Assembly: GCF_009914755.1 (NCBI RefSeq)
Contig: NC_060927.1
Length of the DNA stretch: 64,000 nt
Strand: one strand, 5' to 3'
Source: the human T2T-CHM13v2.0 reference genome, Homo sapiens
Shown: positions 47,320-64,000 of the stretch, piece after piece
Layout of the letters: each line of letters begins with the position of its first letter
Position numbering within the stretch: position 1 is the first letter of the stretch
Translations under genes and position numbers: made by a program
The notes under the pieces: generated by a model
The model's input: the letters and a program-made list of their open reading frames with translations, nothing else
What the model was told of the DNA's origin: nothing
Database searches by the model: none

Positions 47320-49250
47320 ATTGTTCATTTATCCTTTTATTTAATACTTACTTATTATATGCCTCCTTTAGGACAGATACTGAGATAAATGTTGTGAATA
47401 CAATGAGGATAAAAAGATGAACTTATAGCCCAGTAGGGAAAGTAGGCATTAATCAAATAATCACACTAATAAATGCATAATTTCAAACTGAGGCAAATTA
47501 TCTGAAAGCAATCATGTTAATGGATGTGTAAATGCTTATTAGGAAAGTTGGAAGAACAAAATAAAGAAGACTGACTTAGATGAGGGAAAAATGGTGATCA
47601 GAGCAGGTCTGAATAGGAGAACTGTATGAAAAATGAGTGAACTGCCCCAAATCAGTGGGAGAAATTAGTGGTCCGGCAAAGGGAATAGAAAATGTACAGG
47701 ATTTTGTCAGCTAAGTAAAAGCACAATATCTTCACAGAACAAAAGAAGGGCAGGTTAGTTGAAACAGGGTAATTAAGAAGGAGAGGAACATGAGATGGAG
47801 TTTAGGCATGGACAGCAAGCACCACCATACTGAGCATTGGATGCCCTTTTATGGACTTGAATTTATATCTGAAGAGCAACAGAATGAAACTACAGGATTC
47901 TAAGTAGCAGTGGTAACATAAGATTTTCATTGTGGGAAATAAAGGATGAAAAGAAGGACCAGAGAGAAGGTAGGGGGAAACTCAAATATGATGTCTTAGT
48001 CCAGGCCCTCAGAGAAGCAGAGATTAGATATGCAGGAAAATGTGGAGAAGCCTGGGAGTCATTGGATCACCACACAGGTCTGACCTTTGTGAGGGAGAGA
48101 GGGAAGGAAAAAATCTGAGTGGAAAAGTCTTAGGTGGCATTTCGACATGAATAATGGGAAGCTCTGGAGTTTACTTTCAGGTGAATCCGTTGTCTTTCAG
48201 GAACGGGCCTACACATGCAGTCCCTGTAGTACTTAGTCACTGCCTGGCAGCAGTCCCTGGGATGTTTAGCCTAAGTATGGATGGGGTAATAGATTTTGGG
48301 GTGCAGCAACTGGGACTGTGGTAGGTTGTGTTCTTTGTACTTAGTAATAGGAGTGCTGAAAGATTCAATTTCATGGAGGCTATGTACTGTGTTGACTCTG
48401 AAGACAGAAAGTAGACCAAAATGATCAAGATTTAAGAATAAAAGTCAACATCAATATATAATTTCTTAAGAAAGGTTGATAATTTATCAGAGCAGTCTTC
48501 CCTGGCAACCCAAATTATAAAGCACTCTCTTCTCATATATATTCCTATTCTCTTATTGAGTTTTATTTAAGGAACTGGCATTTACCAACTGATCACATTA
48601 TATTTTTGTTTTAATTCTTTAAGTCTGTCTGTCTATACTCCCCTACTATAATATAAACCTAATAATTGCAAGGAACTTCCTTGGATTGAACTGCTGTTTT
48701 TCCAGCAACTCAAACAGTGTTGCCATTTAAGATATATGTGTTGGAAAATTAATGGCAGTGGGGAAGGTGTTAAGGATGACAGAATATATTGTTGAAGAAG
48801 ACTTCCAGGTTTAAGGCATGTGAAGCTTGATGGATGGTGGTTAGTTACTGTTGAAATGCACACTGGAAATCTCGGGCAGGTGGGACAGAAAACAACAAGT
48901 TTTTATTTGTACCTGTTGAGTATGGAATTCCTCTAAGACATCCAAATGGAGCTTGTAAATTCCCTAATAAACAAAATGTTATAGTACAAAAATTTTTTTG
49001 TGGGTAATGTAAGAGTGCAAGTGTAAGTACAGGTTAGATCCGGTTGTGAAGACCATTCTATAATAGACTAAAGAGTTGAAATCTGAGAATTGTACTTCAA
49101 AATCAACATATATTCATCAAGACTCTGTTAAGAGATGATTGAAGAGATTAACATATCGGAAAGATAATATTTGAAGAGAGATAGGTCAGTCATGAAAACA
49201 GAGAAAATATGGAAGTATAGAAGTAAAAGGCCCCAATATCCATTTGAACA
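47320..49250. mobile_element. L2 fragments in both orientations with an old MLT1-type LTR at ~47990-48390
   Basis: Antisense L2 3' end from 47320; purine-rich L2 body; tgtcttagtccaggccctcagagaagcaga LTR start. Confidence 0.5.
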
Positions 49251-50314
49251 CACAGGGAAGGCACTGGGTCTTTAAAATCATGTTTCCTTGGTAGGCTCTT
49301 CCTTCTATGAAATAGTTAAATAAATTTATGCCAACAAATAATATTAAATATTGGATTCATCAAACTCCCTTAATTCTGATTTCATGATTATTAAGTTGTC
49401 TTCTGACATTTTTCACATTGGTCTGCCTGTCAGAAAAATAAAGTCATTTAATAGCAATATCTCATTATAAATCAATAATCTGGGATTGTGGTTTCACATA
49501 AAAATCTCTTGGACTCAGTGTATGCCTCTTGCCCACCCATTCCTGATAAAGGTATTAACTCAGTTCAGATTACATTAACAAAGCCCAGTTCCTGAGCATC
49601 CAAGGCTCAAGGGCAGATCCAGGACTGGACAAATTTATCAAAGTACCAAAATGCCACCCTGAGCATTCTTTGGAGTCAGCCTACTAGCCACAGTTTATGG
49701 TGACAAAATCTGGACATTGTTGGTGCCTTTGGGGGAAAAAAACTTCAAATATGATGCCAGATTAAATAGCAGTTGACTTGTCTCCAAAGTTGACTTGTCT
49801 TGTTTTTACCCTAAGAAGTGAAATAATTTTGTCCCTTTAGGAACAAAAAGGAGTGCAAGGCAATTGTTGTTTAATTGTGGGCTATGAAATGAATATGAAC
49901 ATGAATTCAATCATGGACCATCCATTTTACAGGCATGTGACATCAGGCAACTTGCTTTATGTCTCTGTCTCCAAATGTTCGTGTTGTTAAGATGGAGGTA
50001 ACAATACTTACTATACAAGACTGCTATGAAAAACATATGACCTAATGTAATGTGAAATGCATTAGCAGATAGTAAATGCACCACAAAGAGTATTAGGACA
50101 TTATGAATGTATAGAAATCCTGGAATGGAAAAAAAATACAAAAATGTACTCTTCCTTATTTCCCACTTGATTTTGGTAGGGAAATACATACTTCCTGTCC
50201 ACTAGTTAACCTCCCTTTGGCAAGTTATGTTATGTTGTTAATTAATTAAAAGGCTATATATATATATGTATATATACCAAAAAATGTCTGTAATTGCTGT
50301 AATGTACCCTTATA

Positions 50315-50446
50315 CAGGCAGACCTCACTTTTCACGGTGCTGTGTTAAGAGAGATTCATGCACATCAGAGCCATGCAAAGCAAAGTCATTGCTACTCTAT
50401 GTAGAAGTTTCAGTTACCATGGTTAAGTGATCATGAGGACTGCCTA
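50315..50446. mobile_element. Short Tigger-type MITE
   Basis: TIRs caggcagacctca / tgaggactgccta; TA on the left flank. Confidence 0.65.
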
Positions 50447-50516
50447 CAACATAGTAGCCCATGAATCATTAACAGCTGTGACCATAATTACTCTTTTGCT
50501 CTTTCATATACTTTAA

Positions 50517-50780
50517 GAACAGAAAACCAAACACTGCATGTTCTCACTCATAAGTAGGAGGTGAACAATGTGAACACATGGACACAGGGAGGGGAATATC
50601 GCACACTGGGGCCTGTTGGAGGATCAGAACTAGGGGAGGGATATCGTTAGGAGAAATATCTGATGTTAATGACGAGTTGACGGGTGCAGGAAACAACCAT
50701 GGCACATGTATACCTATGTAACAAACCTGCACATTCTCCACATGTATCCCAGAACTTAAAGTATAATAATAATAATAAAA
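50517..50780 (+). mobile_element. L1PA7-like 3' end
   Basis: 3'UTR ending cagaacttaaagtataataataat. Confidence 0.9.
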
Positions 50781-50844
50781 TCATCATACATATGAGTAAG
50801 GTCTGAAATAAAATAATGGCAAATTGTTGGTATTTGTCAAAAAA

Positions 50845-51100
50845 ATCAGCTAGAAAAAATGAATAAAACCTAGTATTTGTTAGCACAATAATGTGCTATA
50901 GTCAATAATGATTTAATTGTACATTTTGAAGTAACTAAAAGAGTATAATTGGGCTGTCTGTAACATAAAGGATGCTTGAGGGGATACCCCATTTTCAATG
51001 ATGTGATTATTACACATTTCATGTCTATATCAAAACATGTCATGTACCCCATAAATATACACACGTACTATGTACCCACACAAATCAAAATAAAAAAATA
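50845..51100 (+). mobile_element. L1MA2/3-like 3' end
   Basis: gaggggataccccatttt...ctatgtacccaca...aaaataaaaaa. Confidence 0.85.
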
Positions 51101-51209
51101 CTTCAAAACTCATGGAATCAAGCATTCTAATATACCAGTAACTGGAATCTTAGAAGAAGAGGAGAGAGAGAAAAAGGAACCCAATTTTTTTAATTAAGAA
51201 AAAGAGTTT

Positions 51210-51620
51210 TATGCAGCCATAAAAAAGAATGAGCTCATGTCGTATTATGCGGCCATAAAAAAGAATGAGTTCACGTCCTTTATAGGGACATGGATGAAGC
51301 TGGAAGCCATCATTCTTAGCAAAGTAACACAGCAACAGAAAACCAAACACTGTATGTTCTCACTCATAAGTGGGAGTTGAACAATGAGAACACATGGACA
51401 CAGGGAGAGGAACATCACACAATGGGGCCTGTCAGGGTGTGGAGGGCAAGGTGAAGGAAAGCATTAGGACAAATACCTAATGCATGTAGGGTTAAAACCT
51501 AGATGACAGGTTGATAGGTGCAGCAAACCACCATGGCACATGTATACCTATGTAACAAACCTGCACATTCTGCACATGTATCCCAGAACTTAAAGTAAAA
51601 ATTGAAACAATTTAAAAAAG
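51210..51620 (+). mobile_element. L1PA8/10-like 3' end with a duplicated 5' segment
   Basis: gcattaggacaaatacctaatgcatg...cagaacttaaagtaaaa. Confidence 0.9.
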
Positions 51621-52326
51621 GAAATAACAAGTAATATCAATTGCATAGCTCTTAACCTTCAGTAATTATGTCATTTGTAATTAAATGCCTTTTTCATTAG
51701 TCATATTATTATATTCTGTAGCTGGTTTCTATTACATAATTGTTTATCTTCAATAAATATATTTTAATAAAAAGAATATGACATTAATAAATATAATATT
51801 GTTCAGTTTTCTATTTATACGTGGTGGTTGCTGTTTGGCAGAGAAAATGCATGGAGACGATGTTCTCCAAAGTGAATCCATCATTTTTTTCCCCAAACTT
51901 GCTCTTCTTTCTTTATTCATTATTAAATAACTTAATGTCCTCCTCATTATAAGATGTAAATCCTTGCAATTATCTTTACCTTTTTTCTTTGTTAGCCTCA
52001 TATCCAGTGGGTGGTTAAGCACCTAAATTTCTGGCATTGTGCTGTCTGTCACAGCTGTTCTTTTTCCTTTATTTTTATTGTTTCACAAGAGATTAGACTA
52101 TCATTAATTTTCCCCTGGATGACTGCATAGTTTTCTACCTAGTCTGCTCTTTTTTTCCTCAAATAACATAAGCGCTATGCTTACTAATTAATTTTCTTAA
52201 TACACAACTGTAATCATGCCATTTCTCTGCTCACAAGACCAAAACCAGACAATATTTGCATTCAAGTTCCTCCCCAGACCAGGCCTCAAATTACCTTTTC
52301 TATCCCCACAGTTTACATCATTTCTC

Positions 52327-52436
52327 TAACTCTATATTCATCATAAATTTAAGCAACATGGATTAACTGTATATTGACCTTAAATTTAAGGAACATGTTT
52401 TAACTCTATATTCACCCTAAATTTAAGCAATATGGA
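52327..52436. repeat. Three-copy ~36-bp minisatellite in an L2-like region
   Basis: taact(c/g)tatatt...taaatttaag(c/g)aa(c/t)atg x3. Confidence 0.85.
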
Positions 52437-54054
52437 ACAATTGACTTTTGTACTTTTGTTTCATCTAAGAGAAATAGCTACCTTCATTTTCCCCACTTTC
52501 GTTCCTCACACTCATGTCCCATATTCTACACAATCTCTAAATGCTAACATTTTCTCTACTTTTCAAGACCAAATGACAATGTCACTCACTCCACAAACTA
52601 TCCAACTCATAAAGCTAGATGTTCTCTCTCCTCCCTCAGCATCCCGCCTCTCTTGATTTTTAAACTTCTTATGACAGGCATATTTTCCATTTCCTATAGT
52701 TATTTGTGAATGCAGTAGGCCTCCAACTATCCTAGAATATTCACAAATAGGGAATCTGTATCTGTTTTGCTTGTGCTCTCCTTTTGTATTGTACACTCAG
52801 TTACTTGTATAGAAAAATTACACACCAAACACTTTTATTGTAGCAAGATAAATTGACAATAGATGTGTTCATCCTTTAAACATTTTAAGGATCCGTATAA
52901 GTGCAGCTACATAAGCTCAATACTGTTTGTTATGAATGCTCATTGGTATAATTAGGCCCTCTAAGAAAAATAAATGAAATCGTAGTAACATTTTCATAAA
53001 AAAAGAAACAATTACAAGGGATATGATCCTCAAAGGACTGTCTAATTGTGCCTATTTCTATTTCTTTTACTCTTCATGCCGAGAAGGAGTTTTTAAAATT
53101 TCAACTCAGTCTTATTCTTTAGAGGAAAGATACTAGAACAAAATCCACTTAAACTCTCAGTTGCTATCGAGTTTAAAATCATTTCATTTAAATATACTTA
53201 GAATTTCACATAGCAAACACATTAAGAGGATTATGTTTTCCTTCAAAGTAAGCTCATCTCCTTCAGGGCAGAACCAATAATCAACTACCATGGCATTTGA
53301 GCTTACTAAATTTAGACCTTATTAAGGAGGTCCATTTAATTTTTTTGAAGATTTACTTTCTGTGAGGAAATCACATATGCCATTTTATGTCATTTGGGAA
53401 TTATAGCATCAAGAATACCATTGCAGACTAACAGAGAAAACTTTCCATTTCTTTTTTTTTTCAAACTGTGAAGCACATAGTCCAAGTTGTATTACACTCC
53501 TTTGATGTAAAACTTTAATACTTGCATTTGGGATTCTGATGATGTGTCAGGAAACTTTTTTACTCTCAGTAACCAACGTTGGTCAAGAATAATGGGGAGA
53601 GTTATTTAGACAACATTCCTTACCGAAGTCTGGCCCAGGGAGACATAAATGTAAGAGGATATAGGACAGAGTTTGCCGTTGATTTCGTGGAACCAGCAGA
53701 GAATTCCACATGGTTTTAGAAAGAGAAATTATCTTTATCAATTTAAACCAAGTACAGTACATTCATATCCAAATAATATTTTTTGCCAAGCAAAGTTGAA
53801 TATTGTAATCAAATCAATAGAATATATCAAACTAACCAAAAAAGACCTTTGAACATTTGAATAATAACCTCCAGGATAAATTAATATTTTGGAGAAAACT
53901 TGATATTGTATTTTAAACCTAAGCAATATTTTCCAAAGGAATGTAAAATCATTTTATTTATTTGATTTCATCTTTTTTTTTTTTTTGCAGTTGCAAGATT
54001 TAATAGAGTGAAAACAGAGCTCCCATACAAAGGGAGGGGACCCAAAGGGGGTTG

Positions 54055-54299
54055 CCGTTGCCGGCTTAAATGCCTGGGTTTATATCCAGATCCTTGTCCC
54101 TCCCGCTGTGCTCTCAGGCAATAGATTGGCTATTTCTTTACCTCCTGTTTTTGCCTAATTAGCATTTTAGTGAGCTCTCTGATTGGTTGGGTGTGAGCTA
54201 AGTTGCAAGCCCCCTGTTTAAAGGTGAATGCGGTCACCTTCCCAGCTAGGCTTAGGGATTCTTAGAGTGCCTAGGAAATCCAGCTAGTCCCGTCTCTCA
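54055..54299 (-). promoter_or_regulatory. LTR17 U3 promoter region
   Basis: Starts TGAGAGAC at 54299; CCAAT boxes; GATATAAA at 54079-54086; ATTAAA poly(A) signal downstream at 53999-54004. Confidence 0.8.
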
Positions 54300-54357
54300 G
54301 TCCCCCCCGTCAACAGGAAAACCCAAGTGCTGTTGGGGAGGTTCACCGACGACCGCT

Positions 54358-54564
54358 CTAACTGCTTCTTGCTGAACTGGGGTGTAGTAGAGGTTGTGCA
54401 GTTGAGATTTCCTCAGGAGGGGCGCCTTTGATGTCATTAACATCAGAGCATGGGCTAGCAGGCCAGTCCAGGGGTCCGCGGTAGATCTTAGTCATAGACT
54501 GCATCTGGGGCTCCGTTGGAAGAATGATTGGTAGTTTTGCAGCTTTGATTCTGGAAGAGACAAA
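54358..54564 (-). pseudogene. HERV-W env cytoplasmic-tail remnant, 68 open codons
   Basis: FVSSRIKAAKLPIILPTEPQMQSMTKIYRGPLDWPASPCSDVNDIKGAPPEEISTAQPLLHPSSARSS*, homologous to the syncytin-1/MSRV env C-terminus. Confidence 0.9.
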
Positions 54565-54574
54565 TGCTTTGGAG

Positions 54575-54592
54575 GTCCCTTCGTGGTCACCA
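54575..54592 (-). other. Primer-binding site TGGTGACCACGAAGGGAC
   Basis: 18-mer beginning TGG, 3 nt after the U5 end (taaca). Confidence 0.85.
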
Positions 54593-55504
54593 AAATGTTA
54601 CTGGAGGTCCTTGTTCACAGAGCTTCCAAGATGGTGGCGAGCCGCTTCCAAGATGGTGGCAAGCCTCCTGTTCTCTGGCCTGGGCTTCTTGGCCTCACAG
54701 ATTCCAAGGAATGGAATCTTGGGCCATGCAGTGAGTGTTATAGCTCTATTAGAAGCTGTGGGTCACGGAAGAGAACTGTGGAACCCAGTGACTAGTGTTC
54801 AGCTTGATTAAGAGGAACCCGGGCACTTTGCCATGCAGGAACAATGGCAAGCTTTTAGCCCAATCGGGAGTGGCAATGGGCGCCTCACTGGATCAGGAGC
54901 ACAGCAGACACCCTGCCGGATCCAGAGGGGTGGAAGTCAGCAGCAAGTCTGCTGCGGCGCGTCCGCCACGGCGGCAAACAGCAATGGTGGACTGCAAGCG
55001 ACAGCTCAGCTCCAGCAGTAACAAACATGGATCAGAAGAGTGCAGTTGCAAGATTTAATAGAGTGAAATAGAGTGAAAATGGAGCTCTCACACAAAGGGA
55101 GGGGATCCAAAGGGGTTTGCCCTATTTGATTTCATTTTATGCATTTGTCATTGATTATTTTGTGCAGAAAAGTGATGTAACACAGTGGACTTTGAATTTA
55201 GAATACCTGAGTGTACTTGTTTCTCCACTAATTGTGTGCACTTTGGGCAAGCTTCTATGACTCTATGCACCTCTGTTTTCACTCTGAAGCCTTCTATAAA
55301 TATTGCTTTTTTTTTTAGGCAATTCTTATTAACCTACTTTTATGTGTTTGTCAAATTATTAGAAAATAAGATGAATCTCAACTCTTGAGATTTTAAAAAC
55401 AGTACTGAGATGCATCAGTTTATCTTTGTGTAGTATGAAAATGTTATAACCTAAATTGTCTCCCCACAAAATTCATGGTAAAGTCCTAAGCCTGAATTTT
55501 GCTA

Positions 55505-57860
55505 CAGGCATACTTGTTTTATTCAGCATCACTTAACTGCATTTTGCAGATATTGCATTTTTTTTGTAATTGAAGTTATGTGGTAACTCTGGATACAACA
55601 AGTCTGTCCAACAGCATGTGGTCTCTGTGATACATTTTGGTAATTCTTGGAATATTTCAAACTATTTATTTATTATTTTATGTGTTATAGTGATCTTGAT
55701 GTTACTATTGTAATTATTTGAAGGTGTCATGAATCATGTCCATATAAGATGACAAATTTAATCAATAAATATGTGTACTCTGAATGCTTCACCATGTTCC
55801 ATTTCTCCATATTTGAGCCTCCACATTTGCTGAGATGCAATGTTGAAATTAGGACAATTAATAACTCTATGATTACCTGTAAAGTGTTCAAATCAAATGA
55901 AAAGTCACACATTTCTCATTTTAAATCAAAAGCTAGACATGATTCAGCTTAGTGAAGAAGGCACGTGAAAAGTTGAGATAGGATGAAAGGAGGACTCTTG
56001 TACCAGTTAGCCAAGTTGTGAATGTAAAGGAAAGGTTCTAGAAGGAAATTAAATTTGCACAAAGCTTCATTAAGTTCTGGAAGGAAAAACAAGTAAATGA
56101 TAAGTGAACAGCCTTATTGATGATATTAAGAAAGTTTTAATATTCTCAATGGACGATCAAACCAGCCACAACATACTCTTAAGCCAAAGCCTAATCCAGA
56201 ACAAAATTCTAACTCTCTTCAACTCTATGAAGACTGAGAGTGGTGAGGAAGCTGCAGAAAAATATGTTTGAAGCTAACAGAGGTTTAAGGAAAGAAGCTG
56301 TCTCTGTAACATTAAAAGTGCAAGGTGATGTCCCAAGTGCTGTTGTGGAAGCTGCAGCAAGTTTTCCAGAAGATCTAGCTAACATATTTCATGAAAGTGA
56401 CTACACCAAAAAATAGATTTTTAATGTGGGTGATACAGTCTTACACTGGAAGAAGATTCCATCTAGGGCTTTTATAGCTAGAGAGATAAATCAATGTCTG
56501 ACTTCAAAGCTTCAAAGCACAGGCTGATTCTGTTGTTAGGGGCTAATGCAGCTGGTGACATTAAGTTGAAACCAATGCTCATTTACTATTCTGAAAATCT
56601 TAATGCCCTTCACAATTATGCTAAATCTATTCAGTCTGTGCTCTATAAATGGAACAACAAAGCCCAGGTAACAATGCGTCTGTTTAAAACACGGTTTACT
56701 GAATATTTTAAGTCCATGGTTGAGACCTACTGCTCAGACAAAAGAGGTTTCTTTCATAAAACTACATAATACTGCTGCGCACAGTGTACCTGGGCACCCA
56801 AGTGTTATGATGGAGATTAATGTTTTCATTACTGATAACACAACATCCATTCTCCAGCTTGTGAATCAATTAGTAATTCTGACTTTCAAGTCTTATTATT
56901 CATAAAACACATTTTGTGGGGTATAGCTGCCATAGATATTTATTCTTCTGATAGATCTGATCAAAGTAAACTGAAAACCTTATGGAAATAATTTACCATT
57001 CTAGATGCCATTAAGAACAATTGTGATTTAGGAAAGGAGGTCAAAATATTAACATTAACAGGAATTTGAAATATATTTATTTCAGCCCTCATGGATGACT
57101 TTTAGGGGTTCAAGAATTCAGTGAAGGAAGTCTGCAGATATGGTAGAAATAACAAGAGAACTGGTATTGAAAGTGGAGCCTGGAGATGTGACTAAATTGG
57201 TGCAATCTCACAAAAAAAAAAAAAAACTAGAACAGGCAAGGAGTTGCTTTTTATAGACAAGCAAAGAAAGTGGTTTCTCAAGATGAAACCTACTCCTGGT
57301 GAAGATGCTGTGAACATCATTGAAATTACAATGAAGGGCTTAGAATATTACCTAAACATCCTTGATAAAGCAGGGGCAGGGTTTAAGAGGACTGACTAAT
57401 TTTGAAAAAAAAAGACTTACTGTGGGTAAAATGCTGTCAAAGAGCATTGCATGACGTGGAGAAATTTTTCATGAAAGGAAAAGTCAAATGATGGGGCAAA
57501 CTATGCATTTGTCTTATTTTTAAGAAATTGCCACAGCCATCCCAATCTTTACCAACCACCACCGTCATACATTAACAGCCATCAGCATTGAGGCAAGACC
57601 CTGCACAAGCAAAAAGATTACAACTCACTGAAGGCTCAAATGATTGTTAGCATTTTTAAGCAATACCTTAATTTTTCACTAAGGTATGTACATTTTTTGG
57701 ATATAATGCTAGTGAACACTTAGACTAGAGTATAGTGCAAATATAGCTTTTATAGGCACTGACTGAGAAACCAAAAAATTTGCGTGACTTTATTTGTTGA
57801 AATATTCACTTAATTGTGGTGGTCTGGAAATGAACCCACAGTGTCTTTCAGGTATACCTG
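55505..57860 (+). mobile_element. Near full-length Tigger1 with degenerate transposase, inserted in an MLT1 LTR fragment
   Basis: TIRs caggcatac...gtatacctg with TA TSDs; [19 protein letters not shown] transposase fragment 56494-56769; MLT1-like flanks ~55428-55504 and ~57861-57900. Confidence 0.93.
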
Positions 57861-58199
57861 TATTTGGAGATACGGTTTCCTGGGGGTAATTTAAGTTAAA
57901 CTTACTAGTATAATTATTAGCAAGTAACATATGCAGTGGATACTCTCATCATGTATCTGTCTTTCACTCTATCCTTACTCTCCAACCCATCCTTTTCTTA
58001 GCTTTATCACCATTATAGAGAAGACTGAATATTTTCCCTCGATATGATGTGCTAAATCATTTGGTGCTTAAATATTCTGACTATGGCCATATTAGAGTGA
58101 GATATAGGTAAGGAAGTGCCATGATCTTCCTCTTTAAAATAAATTCAGGACAGTTATTCAGGTGAGTGTCAAGATACTGTGGAAGTCAAGGGTGGGGAA

Positions 58200-62683
<4,484 letters not shown>

Positions 62684-62821
62684 TTAATTACATTATATTA
62701 TATATAATATAATATATAATTATATTAATTATATTAAAGTATAATAATAAAATTTTAAAAAAACCCGCAATATCACCATCATATCTAAGAAATAAGGATT
62801 TTTTTTTTTTTAGGAAAGTGA

Positions 62822-63400
<579 letters not shown>

Positions 63401-64000
63401 AGCATCATCAAATATCCTGCCAGCATTTAAGTTCCAGCTTACCTTATAAAGGTGTCTGTTAGAATTGGGATTTAAATAAAGTTTGTATATTGCACAATTG
63501 AAAAAAAAAAAGAAAACTAGTCCTCTAGTTGATCAATTGCATTAAAATGTCCTCGAGGTGGGGGATGGGACATCAGAATGCTTTTAATGATTGACTCAAG
63601 TCAGTCTTGTGATCAGACACTTTGAAAATTTTTGTCTTAAATGAAGAGTGCCAACATTAGCCACCAGAAAAGTGGTACCTTAGTAGGTGCAAATATATCT
63701 TAACCCTAAAACTCAGATAAATTTGTTCACTCTGATTCTGTCCCAGGAGCATTTATACAAATCAGAATTTTCCATTTAAATTAAGTTGCTCCATGATTTC
63801 CTGGAGCTTATATTCTAGAGAAGCAAGTGAGATAATAAATTATTAAACAAAAGGGACATCAGTTCCTATCATAAAGTTAAAATGACATTAAACAGCAAAT
63901 AAAAAACACCATGACAAGTCAAGAAAGAAACTGCAGAAGAAAGAAAAACTTTTTTCTTCCTTTGTGAACAAAGGACTTAGCATGTTCCTTTTGCAATGGG

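Larger units (their letters stand above)
53972..55122 (-). pseudogene. HERV-W (HERV17/LTR17) processed pseudogene from a spliced RNA: R-U5-PBS-splice-env tail-PPT-U3-R-poly(A)
   Basis: Begins in R with no 5' U3; ends at R with poly(T) 53973-53986 and no 3' U5; TSD tatttgatttcat (53959-53971, 55123-55135). Confidence 0.95.

Noticed and set aside
54524-55058. Plus-strand ORFs of 62-95 aa
   Set aside because: Antisense to HERV-W U5/leader; no recognisable homology.

Overview
AT-rich, CpG-poor hominine (human/great-ape-like) non-coding DNA. L1PA2-like, AluY-type and HERV-W elements fix the lineage. I recognised no cellular protein-coding exon, tRNA or rRNA. Roughly a third of the window is LINE-1: a full-length L1PA2-like copy with dead ORF1/ORF2 but an intact antisense ORF0, a near full-length L1PB, three clear and one probable 5'-inverted (twin-primed) L1s, and several 3' fragments. 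The rest includes seven Alus, MaLR/ERVL solo LTRs, Tigger/MER DNA transposons, and L2/MIR relics. Three features stand out. (1) An ~830-bp poly(A)-tailed insert bounded by a perfect 19-bp TSD that looks like a nearly orphan L1 3' transduction. (2) An L1-made retrocopy of a fully spliced HERV-W RNA, joining the leader directly to the env cytoplasmic tail. (3) Five non-consensus variants shared between the young L1 and two older neighbouring L1s, pointing to local gene conversion or an assembly artefact. Subfamily calls come from remembered consensus diagnostics, not a database run; boundaries of old repeats are approximate.
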